64,000 nt of DNA from Chloroflexota bacterium (GTDB taxonomy: Bacteria; Chloroflexota; UBA11872), in assembly GCA_026708035.1 (NCBI GenBank), contig JAPOVQ010000014.1, positions 2,826-66,825 of the forward strand, read 5' to 3'. Under the pieces are notes generated by a model. The model saw only the letters and a program-made list of their open reading frames with translations. It ran no database searches and was not told the origin of the DNA. Made by a program: the position numbers and the translations under genes. Each line of letters opens with the position of its first letter. The stretch's first letter is position 1. Shown here in pieces: positions 18,332 through 26,105 of this stretch.

Positions 18332-20197
18332 ATGGCACGCTCCGCCGGCTCGACGCGCCGGCGCTTCCTCCGCGTTGATCTGACCACCGGCCGCGTGCGG
18401 GTCGAGCGACCCGGGCATGACTTCATGCGGCTGCACATGGGCGGGCGCAACGTCATCGCCCACACGCTGCTTTCGGAAGTCCCACCGGGGATCGACGCGT
18501 TCGATTCCGAAAATCGCCTCGTGTTCGCGCTCGGCCCCATCACCGGCGTTTCCGTTCCCGGGGGCAGCCGTCACAGCGTGGGCGCCAAATCGCCGCTCAC
18601 TGGCCTCTTCGGTGAGTCCGAGGCCGGCGGGTATTGGGGCGCCGAGCTCAAGCGGGCCGGCTGGGACGCCATCATCGTGCAGGGGCGGGCGGCGCATCCG
18701 GTATATCTCTGGGTCCACGGCGACGAGGTCGCGCTGCGCGACGCCCGGCCGCTGTGGGGCAAGTTGACTGGACCGGTGGAAGACCGAATCCGGACGGAAC
18801 TCGCCGACCCACAGGTGCGCGTGGCCCAGATCGGTCCTGCCGGCGAGAACCTCGTGCGATTCGCCTGCGTCGTCCACGACCTGAATGAGGTGGCCGGTCG
18901 AACCGGCCTGGGCGCCGTGATGGGATCGAAGAACCTCAAGGCCATTGCCGTGCGCGGCACGCAGCCGGTGTCCGCGGCCGATCCACGGGCGATTGCCGGG
19001 GTGGCGCGCTGGGTGGCCCAGGAGACGCTCGCGCCCGGTGGTGAGCACCATCGGCTCCACACGTGGGGCACCGGCGCCATGGTCAAATCCAAGCTGCTGG
19101 AGGGCCACCTCGTGGCTCACAACTTCCGCGACGGCCGGCTGCCGGGCGGTGACCAGGTGGACGCCCTGGCCATTCAAGATCTCACCGACCACGAGATGGA
19201 TCGCTGCTACGCGTGCTCCGTCCGCTGCAAGAAACGCGTCAGGGTCAGGCGTCCCGACCTCGAGGTCGATCCCAAATACGGCGGTCCGGAGTACGAGACG
19301 ATGGCCGCCATCGGCCCCAACACCGGCGTGGTCGACGTCATGGCCGTCTGCAAGGGCCATGAAATGCTCAACGCGCTGGGCATGGACAGCATTTCCTGCG
19401 GCGCGACGATCGCGTGGGCCATGGAGATGGTCGAGCTCGGCCTGCTGGATGAGCACCGGCTCAACGGCGAGACGCTGCGTTTCGGATCCGCCGACGACTT
19501 GCTGCGCGTGATCGGCAAGATCGCTAGCCGCGAGGGCGTGGGCGACCTGCTGGCCGAGGGCTCGCTGCGAGCGTCGCGCACTCTCGGCGCGGATGCCGAG
19601 GCGAGGGTCGTCCACGTCAAGGGGCTCGAGGTCGCCATGCACGATCCGCGCGCGATGCCCGAGATGCGCCGCAACTACCCGGTCACCCCGACCGGCGGTG
19701 ACCACACCGGCGCCGCGGGCAAGCGCTCCGGAATTCGCAACACGGTCGGTCTATGCCACTTTCTGCAATACGACGAGGCCACGACCCTGAGCCTGCTGAA
19801 CGCAGCCACGGGCTGGGACGTCTCACCGGACGAGCTGCACGCGACCTTCGAGCGCGGCGTCACCATGGCGCGGCTCTTCAACCTCCGCGAAGGACTAAAG
19901 CCGGAAGACGACCGGCTCCCGGACCGCCTGCACGAGCCGCTGCGACAGGGGCCGCTGTACGACCGTCGGCTCAGCCGGGACACCGTCAGGGACGACGTGA
20001 GGGCCTACTATCGCGACCACGGCTGGGACCCGACGACCGGGCGCCCCTATGCCGACACCGTCGAATACCTCGGACTTGGTTCGCTTGCCAAGGCGGCGCA
20101 AGCCACGGAGTTCGTCGCGGAGCGCCGCGAGCCGATTCCGGCCGGACGACGGCCCTACGCGCCACAGCCTGAGGAGGTCGGCGCCATAGGCGAATAG
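18332..20197 (+). CDS. aor: Aldehyde:ferredoxin oxidoreductase family (tungsto/molybdopterin) enzyme
   Basis: 621 aa. The N-terminal block is RFLRVDLTTGRV...GGRNV.... The [4Fe-4S] ligand motif is CYACSVRC plus a later GLCHF. EYETM and DSISCG blocks are also present. Confidence 0.9.
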   Translation: MARSAGSTRRRFLRVDLTTGRVRVERPGHDFMRLHMGGRNVIAHTLLSEVPPGIDAFDSENRLVFALGPITGVSVPGGSRHSVGAKSPLTGLFGESEAGGYWGAELKRAGWDAIIVQGRAAHPVYLWVHGDEVALRDARPLWGKLTGPVEDRIRTELADPQVRVAQIGPAGENLVRFACVVHDLNEVAGRTGLGAVMGSKNLKAIAVRGTQPVSAADPRAIAGVARWVAQETLAPGGEHHRLHTWGTGAMVKSKLLEGHLVAHNFRDGRLPGGDQVDALAIQDLTDHEMDRCYACSVRCKKRVRVRRPDLEVDPKYGGPEYETMAAIGPNTGVVDVMAVCKGHEMLNALGMDSISCGATIAWAMEMVELGLLDEHRLNGETLRFGSADDLLRVIGKIASREGVGDLLAEGSLRASRTLGADAEARVVHVKGLEVAMHDPRAMPEMRRNYPVTPTGGDHTGAAGKRSGIRNTVGLCHFLQYDEATTLSLLNAATGWDVSPDELHATFERGVTMARLFNLREGLKPEDDRLPDRLHEPLRQGPLYDRRLSRDTVRDDVRAYYRDHGWDPTTGRPYADTVEYLGLGSLAKAAQATEFVAERREPIPAGRRPYAPQPEEVGAIGE

Positions 20198-20210
20198 GCG
20201 GCGGCGAGCG

Positions 20211-21260
20211 TTAGTGGTGCACGGTCACCGGCGTGCCGTTCGCACAGAAATCCCACGCCCACTGCGAGTCGTGGAGCCGCATGTTCACGCAACCGGCGCT
20301 ATACACGCTGCCGAACGCGTCATGCCAGTAGGCGTAGTGAAACCCGATCCAGCTTTCGGTGAAATATTGGACGTGCAGCACGTTGGGCACGTCGTACGTC
20401 TTGACCGTGCTGCCGTTGGAAATCAACCTCGCGCGCTCGATCCGCCAGAAAATCTCGAAATCGCCGGGCGGGGTGAAGTCCGGTGGCAGCCCGGTTGAGA
20501 TCAACGCTTCGTATACCGGTTGGTCTTCCGCGAAGAAGGTCGTGACTTGCCGCGTGAGATCGACTTCCGCCCGGCGTTCCGACGGATAAATCGACCGTGT
20601 CGGCCAGTGCGCCGCGTCGTAGGGCGGGGCGATCATTGACTGCCTGACGGGGGCCAAGCGTATCCCGCGCGATTCAGCGACGTATACGCCCACTGGATCT
20701 TGGACGAGGCCTTGAGACGTATCCCGCCAGATTGAGCGGCTGAAGGCCTGGCGCAATCCGCTGGTGGTCTCAGCGCCCCAAAGAACCGGAAAGCCAAACG
20801 CGAAGACACCGCCGCCCTCGCGGAACGGCTCCCAGAACTCAAGATGGACTCCGCGATTCGTCTGCGGAAACCACCACGCGTATTCGTGCGGTTGATCCGC
20901 GGACACCTGTTGCAGCGCCCAGGCGGTTCCCAGGTTAAGTGGGGTGACGCCGAGCGGATCGCGCGTCCAGGCGTCGGTTCGCAGCGCGCCGCGCTCGAAG
21001 TATTGGATCTGCTCGCGACCGTACGTTAGCGGCTCGGTGATCGGCCATCCTATCGACGACTCGCGGCCGTATTGCAGCCACCAGTCAAGGATTCGGCCGG
21101 AAATGTGGTGACCGGTCTCGTGGATGTAGACCACATGGGGGTGGGGCTCAATTGACTCTTCGGCACTGGCCGAAGACACAAGGCCGCCGGCTGCCACGGC
21201 GCCACTGCCGGCCGCTAGCGCAAGCAGCCGGCGTCGCCCGATTCGAGGACCCTGCGGCAA
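20211..21260 (-). CDS. Secreted L,D-transpeptidase (YkuD domain) with LGFP-like repeats
   Basis: Tat-like signal RIGRRRLLALAAGSG. Repeats IGWPITEPL...QYFERGAL and FGFPVLWG.... Catalytic block HYAYWHDAFGSVYSAGCVNM. Confidence 0.75.
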   Translation of the reverse strand: MPQGPRIGRRRLLALAAGSGAVAAGGLVSSASAEESIEPHPHVVYIHETGHHISGRILDWWLQYGRESSIGWPITEPLTYGREQIQYFERGALRTDAWTRDPLGVTPLNLGTAWALQQVSADQPHEYAWWFPQTNRGVHLEFWEPFREGGGVFAFGFPVLWGAETTSGLRQAFSRSIWRDTSQGLVQDPVGVYVAESRGIRLAPVRQSMIAPPYDAAHWPTRSIYPSERRAEVDLTRQVTTFFAEDQPVYEALISTGLPPDFTPPGDFEIFWRIERARLISNGSTVKTYDVPNVLHVQYFTESWIGFHYAYWHDAFGSVYSAGCVNMRLHDSQWAWDFCANGTPVTVHH

Positions 21261-21360
21261 GTCCGTCTACTCCTGCAAACTGCGCGGCTGGCCGATCACG
21301 GCCAGAACGGCAAAGCCCGGTACAAAATGATAACAGGCTCCGCGAAGGACCGGCTTCCGG

Positions 21361-22206
21361 CTAGAACGGCCGATAGGGTCGGGCGCCGCTCTGGTATGCC
21401 CCGGCCAGCGAGTCGCGCGTGAAGTCCTCGGGCACGCGACCGTCCGCCACGTAGCCGTACAGCGCGGCCTTGAAGATGCCCTCCAGCGCCGTCACGATCG
21501 CCAGGGCGAGTCCAACGGTTGCCACGCCCACTGCGATGCCCACCGGAAGACTGACGGCGGCCACCAGGATGGCGGGAAGGGCGCCGATCAGCGCGGCGAC
21601 GAACCCAAGAATGCCGAAGCCGATGTTCGACGTGACCTGCTCGCCCCACGTGCGCTTGAACAGCGAGCCGGAGCTGCGGATCGCCGCGATCGGACCCAGA
21701 CCTTCCGCGACGACGATGGGTACCACGAAGTAGGTCAGATACGCCCAAACGCCACCGATCAGCGAGAGCACGATCTGTCCGAGCATGTTGTCGCGCGACT
21801 GGCTGCGGAGCACCTGCAGGATCAGACCGACGGTCGCAGAAATGAGCGCCCATCCCAGGATCTGGGGGAGGCGCTTGTTCGCCATGCGCAGGCCGTCGCC
21901 GACCGTCGGATCGCCGCCGGCCAGGCGAATCATCGCGGCCCCGATGAGCGCCGAGTTGAAATAGATGACGACGAACGCCAAGAGGAAGTAGGTCACGGCC
22001 AGCAGCGCGATGTCCACTTCGGAAGCACCGGACCCGGCCAGGCGGTCCACGGTGCCGAGGCCGGACCCAACGCCCATCATCAGCCCGGCCAGAATCACCA
22101 GGGCCACGGTCGACATCACGGGAAACAGCACGAGTTCCCGGTCCTTCTTGAGGACCGCCCAGCTCATCTTGATGAGCTCCCACGTGCGCCCAATGGTTTG
22201 GAACAT
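21361..22206 (-). CDS. Polytopic membrane protein (DUF6159-like)
   Basis: 281 aa with about 6 predicted TM helices. The N-terminus MFQTIGRTWELIKMSWAVLKKDRELVLFP resembles that family. Recalled from memory, not searched. Confidence 0.55.
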   Translation of the reverse strand: MFQTIGRTWELIKMSWAVLKKDRELVLFPVMSTVALVILAGLMMGVGSGLGTVDRLAGSGASEVDIALLAVTYFLLAFVVIYFNSALIGAAMIRLAGGDPTVGDGLRMANKRLPQILGWALISATVGLILQVLRSQSRDNMLGQIVLSLIGGVWAYLTYFVVPIVVAEGLGPIAAIRSSGSLFKRTWGEQVTSNIGFGILGFVAALIGALPAILVAAVSLPVGIAVGVATVGLALAIVTALEGIFKAALYGYVADGRVPEDFTRDSLAGAYQSGARPYRPF

Positions 22207-22334
22207 GTCTCAGCCCGCCGTGCGAATCAATTGACTAAGGATAAGACTTCCGACTCGTCATGTGCGATTTGCGGCTGAAATGCAGCGGACCCGGGCGGCG
22301 CGAACGCCACCCGGGCCCGCGGTCGTCGCCGCGC

Positions 22335-22436
22335 CTAGGCCGAGACCTCGGACGCCGATTCGCGACGCAGCCGATGCGTGACAAGCGCCGCTGCGGCCGC
22401 GATCGCCAGCACGAGCACCGCCACCTTCTTCTTCAC
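22335..22436 (-). CDS. Candidate 33 aa single-TM micro-protein (VKKKVAVLVLAIAAAAALVTHRLRRESASEVSA)
   Basis: GGAGG lies 6 nt upstream of the GTG at 22434-22436. A GC-rich hairpin (gcccgggtggcg-ttcg-cgccgcccgggt on the mRNA) follows the TAG. It lies in a 396-bp gap that is otherwise unexplained. Confidence 0.3.
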   Translation of the reverse strand: MKKKVAVLVLAIAAAAALVTHRLRRESASEVSA

Positions 22437-22602
22437 CGCACACCTCCATCGCCGAGCCGCCTGCCGTGGCGGCCAGCAGTCTCCCTCAACCCTACGCCCA
22501 CGCGCGGCGCGGCACCGTGGCGAAGGGCACATACGCGCCGACGGTTCGCGGTCGGGCGACCCGCTACGCTGCGCACGGCGGCCACGGCCCTGGGAGAACG
22601 GC

Positions 22603-23457
22603 ATGCGCGTTGGATCGGGTGACTTCACCTACGACTATGTAGACGGCTGGCTCAAGCTCCCGCCCGACTGGAGCCTGGGCTGGATCGGCAGCATTGCCAC
22701 GGACCGCTTTGGCCACGTCTTCTGCTTCAATCGCGGCACGCGTCCCATGACGGTGCTTGGTCGTGAAGGCGAGGTCATCGGCCACTGGGGCGACGCGGAG
22801 CTCTGCTACGCCCACGGCGTCTTCATGGACCGCCACGAGCGGCTCTGGCTCACCGATCAGCTCGCGCACGTGGTCTGGATCTACGGCACCGACGGCACAC
22901 TGCAGGGCCGCCTGGGCTACCCGTATGTGACCAGCGAATCCGCCGGATTGTTCAATCAGCCCACGAACACCTTTGTCACCGACGACGGCGAAATCTTCGT
23001 CTCCGACGGCTATGGGGATACCAAGTGCCACCGGTTCGATGCCGCCGGACGGCACCTCCTGACCTGGGGCGAACGCGGGACCGGGCCGGGCCAGTTCGCG
23101 CTGCCGCACGGCATCTGGGTGACGCGGGACGACCGGGTGCTGGTGGCCGACCGCGAGAACGACCGCATCCAGGTCTTCGATCGCGATGGGGCCTACGTCA
23201 CCGAATGGGGCGATATCCCGCTGCCGAGCGACTTCTACGTCGACGAGGACCGTGGCGCCATTTTTGTCAGCGAGCTCAATCGCGGCATCACAATCTTCGA
23301 TTTCGACGGCAAGGTGATCACACGCTGGGCCCAGGAACGCATCCCGCCGGGTCGGATCGGTGGACCGCACGGCATCTGGGTGGACGACCAGGGCGCGATA
23401 TACGTGGGCGAAGTCGGAGCCGACAGCTACCTGCACAAGTGGGTGCCCGCGCGTTAG
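22603..23457 (+). CDS. NHL repeat beta-propeller protein
   Basis: Repeats LWLTDQLAHVVWIYGTDG, IFVSDGYGDTKCHRFDAAG, VLVADRENDRIQVFDRDG and IFVSELNRGITIFDFDG. The ATG at 22603 lies inside track ORF 22378..23457. Confidence 0.7.
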   Translation: MRVGSGDFTYDYVDGWLKLPPDWSLGWIGSIATDRFGHVFCFNRGTRPMTVLGREGEVIGHWGDAELCYAHGVFMDRHERLWLTDQLAHVVWIYGTDGTLQGRLGYPYVTSESAGLFNQPTNTFVTDDGEIFVSDGYGDTKCHRFDAAGRHLLTWGERGTGPGQFALPHGIWVTRDDRVLVADRENDRIQVFDRDGAYVTEWGDIPLPSDFYVDEDRGAIFVSELNRGITIFDFDGKVITRWAQERIPPGRIGGPHGIWVDDQGAIYVGEVGADSYLHKWVPAR

Positions 23458-23533
23458 CGCACCGGAGCCTCGGCTGACCGGCAAGCCTGGCGTGAGGCGC
23501 TAGGCTCGGGAGTCGCCCGCTTCAGGGGTCTGC

Positions 23534-24517
23534 ATGTCCGCCGACATTCGTGTGCGCAACCTGGTCAAGCACTACCAGGTCGCTGATCGTGAGGGCGGCC
23601 TGCGTGAGTCCTTGCGCAGCGTCGTGCGACGCCGCCATCGGTCCGTTCGCGCCGTCGACGACATCACCTTCGACGTGCAGCCCGGCGAAATCGTCGGCTT
23701 CCTTGGGCCCAACGGCGCGGGGAAGACCACGGCGCTCAAGCTGCTGAGCGGGCTGCTGCATCCGACGGACGGCGAGGCGGCGGTGCTGGGCTTCACGCCG
23801 TGGGAACGCCGGCGCGAGTTCCTGTCGCAGATCACGCTTATCATGGGGCAGCGCCAGCAGCTCTACTGGGATCTGCCGGCCCTGGACACATTCCTCGTCA
23901 ACAAAGCCGTGTTCGGCTTGCAGGACGCCGCCTACCAGGAGTCGGTCGACTTGCTCGTCGATCTGCTGGATCTCGACGAGGTGCTCACCAAGCCCGTGCG
24001 TCAGCTCTCCCTTGGCGAGCGAATGAAGGCCGAGCTGGCGGCCGGCCTCTTGCACCGTCCGAGGGTCTTGTTTCTCGACGAGCCGACCATCGGGCTCGAC
24101 GTCACCATGCAGCAGCGCATCCGCGACTTCGTCACGCGCTACAACGCCACTACCGGCGCCACGATTCTGCTCACCAGCCACTACATGGCCGACGTGAAGG
24201 CGCTGGCCGAGCGCGTGGTGGTGATCGACCACGGAAAGCTGCTCTATGACGGCCCGCTCTCCGGTCTGATCGACCGCTACGCCCCCCACAAGACCATCAC
24301 GCTGCACCTCGAGCGCCCGGTCAATCGTGCGGATGTCTCGGCCTACGGCGAGGTCGTTTCGGCCGACGACGTGCAAGTCAGCGTGCGCACCGACAAGGCG
24401 CAGGCAGCCTCGGTGACGGCCCGCATGCTGGCGGAGTTGCCGGTGGCCGACCTGAGCGTCGAGGACCCGCCCCTGGAGTACGTCATCGACCAGGTCTTCC
24501 ACCGGCGGGAGTCGTGA
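23534..24517 (+). CDS. ABC transporter ATP-binding protein (uncharacterised ABC-2 type system)
   Basis: Walker A GPNGAGKTT, signature LSLGERMK, Walker B LFLDEPT. The C-terminal extension is typical of the COG4586-like group. Confidence 0.9.
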   Translation: MSADIRVRNLVKHYQVADREGGLRESLRSVVRRRHRSVRAVDDITFDVQPGEIVGFLGPNGAGKTTALKLLSGLLHPTDGEAAVLGFTPWERRREFLSQITLIMGQRQQLYWDLPALDTFLVNKAVFGLQDAAYQESVDLLVDLLDLDEVLTKPVRQLSLGERMKAELAAGLLHRPRVLFLDEPTIGLDVTMQQRIRDFVTRYNATTGATILLTSHYMADVKALAERVVVIDHGKLLYDGPLSGLIDRYAPHKTITLHLERPVNRADVSAYGEVVSADDVQVSVRTDKAQAASVTARMLAELPVADLSVEDPPLEYVIDQVFHRRES

Positions 24518-25317
24518 TGCGCTCCCGCACGCTGGCGGGATTCGCGTCGCTGCTGCGCGCAGAGTTGGCGGACCTCTTCCAGTACCGCATCGAGATGTTC
24601 CTGTACGGCCTCTGGCAAGTGGTCAACCCCATCATCTACCTGGTCATCTGGTCAACCGTTGTCGGCAGCGGAGACATTGCCGGCTACGACCGCGACGACT
24701 TCGTCCTCTACTACCTGGTGTTCATGGCCGTGTCGCACCTCACCCTGGCCATCGAGGTCTACACCATGGCGCCCAGCATCCAGACCGGAAGGCTCTCCCC
24801 GCACCTGCTGCGCCCGCTGCATCCCTTCTGGCGCGCGGGGGCTCTCAACATTGCCTACAAGGCCGTGAACCTGATGTTTCTCGTGCCCATCTGGGTCGGG
24901 CTGGCGCTGATTCTCCGCCCAGCCTTCGAGCCGGATTGGCTAGGCATTGCGCTCTTCCTGCCGTCCATGGTCATGGCGGCCTCGATCTCGTTCCTCATCG
25001 GGTCGTGCTTCGCCATGTTCGCGTTCTGGACCACGCGCTCGATGTCGTTCTGGGATATCTGGATGAGCCTGACCCTCCTGCTCGGCGGCCAGGTTGCGCC
25101 CGTGGCCGTGCTTCCCGGCGTGCTGCAGCAGGCCGCCGTGATGCTGCCGATGCGCTACACGGTCGGATTCCCCATCGAGGTGGTGCTGGGACGTGTCCAG
25201 GGCGCGGAGCTTGCCGCGGGACTGGCGATCCAGGCCGGATGGACGGTGGCCGCCATGGCGGCCTTTGTCGTGCTCTGGCGAGCCGGCGTCAAGCGCTATG
25301 GGGCGGTGGGCGCATGA
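24514..25317 (+). CDS. ABC-2 family permease component 1
   Basis: 267 aa with about 6 TM helices. Its start overlaps the ATPase stop (GTGA). Confidence 0.75.
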   Translation: MMRSRTLAGFASLLRAELADLFQYRIEMFLYGLWQVVNPIIYLVIWSTVVGSGDIAGYDRDDFVLYYLVFMAVSHLTLAIEVYTMAPSIQTGRLSPHLLRPLHPFWRAGALNIAYKAVNLMFLVPIWVGLALILRPAFEPDWLGIALFLPSMVMAASISFLIGSCFAMFAFWTTRSMSFWDIWMSLTLLLGGQVAPVAVLPGVLQQAAVMLPMRYTVGFPIEVVLGRVQGAELAAGLAIQAGWTVAAMAAFVVLWRAGVKRYGAVGA

Positions 25318-26105
25318 TCGGGCGCCTCGCCCGCATTGCGGGGGCGTACTTTCGCTCGGCGCTGCAGGAGGAGTTTGCCTACCGCGGCGACTTGTTCGGC
25401 AACGTCATCCGCAGCGTGCTCAATCTCGGAACCGCCATCGGCGGCGTGATCGTGATCTTTACCCACACCGAGACGCTGGGCGGCTGGACCCTGGGACAGA
25501 CGCTTTCGCTGCTGGGGATATTCGTGTTCGTCAACGGGTTCGTGGCGATGTTCATGTCGCCGAGCCTCAACCGGGTCGTCGAGGAAGTGCGCGAGGGCAC
25601 GTTCGACTACGTGCTGATGAAGCCCGTGCCGGCGCTACTTCTGGCCAGCGCGCGGCGCTTTGCCGTCTGGCACGTCTCCGACATCGTGCTCGGGGCCATC
25701 GTGCTCGGCGTGGCGCTGGCCGGCCTCGACGTGCGCGCGTCCGGCTGGGGCGTGGTGCTGTTCGTGGCGCTGCTGGCTTGCGGTGTCGCGATCGTCTACG
25801 CCATCTGGCTGGCGTTGACCACGCTGGTGTTCTGGTTCGTGCGCGTGGCCAACGTCACCATGATCTTCAACCTGTTCTTCCAGACCGGCCGCTACCCCAT
25901 CGAGGTCTACCCGTTCTGGCTGCGCCAACTGCTGACCTTCGTATTCCCGGTGGCGTTTGTCACCACGGTGCCGGCGCAGGCCGTGACCGGGCGCGACCCA
26001 TCGTGGCTGGTATGGGTCGCGCCCGTCATCGCCGTCGTCGCGCTGCTGGCGGCCACGAGATTCTGGCGCTTCGGACTCAGCCGCTACACCAGCGCCTCGA
26101 GCTAG
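25314..26105 (+). CDS. ABC-2 family permease component 2
   Basis: MIGRLARIAGAYFRSALQEEFAYRGD... with about 6 TM helices. The ATG at 25314 overlaps the upstream TGA (ATGA). The track ORF 24936..26105 is an over-extension in the same frame. Confidence 0.75.
   Translation: MIGRLARIAGAYFRSALQEEFAYRGDLFGNVIRSVLNLGTAIGGVIVIFTHTETLGGWTLGQTLSLLGIFVFVNGFVAMFMSPSLNRVVEEVREGTFDYVLMKPVPALLLASARRFAVWHVSDIVLGAIVLGVALAGLDVRASGWGVVLFVALLACGVAIVYAIWLALTTLVFWFVRVANVTMIFNLFFQTGRYPIEVYPFWLRQLLTFVFPVAFVTTVPAQAVTGRDPSWLVWVAPVIAVVALLAATRFWRFGLSRYTSASS

Noticed and set aside
22378-22602. N-terminal extensions of track ORFs (22378 for the NHL protein, and likewise 51391, 57825..58988, 33902, 37746, 17037, 7575, 24936 and 61834..61977)
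   Set aside because: The extended parts are Arg/Pro/Ala-rich, lack family similarity, and often overlap upstream genes or intergenic repeats. Internal ATG or GTG codons match the usual family N-termini and sometimes have SD sequences. Exact starts remain uncertain.
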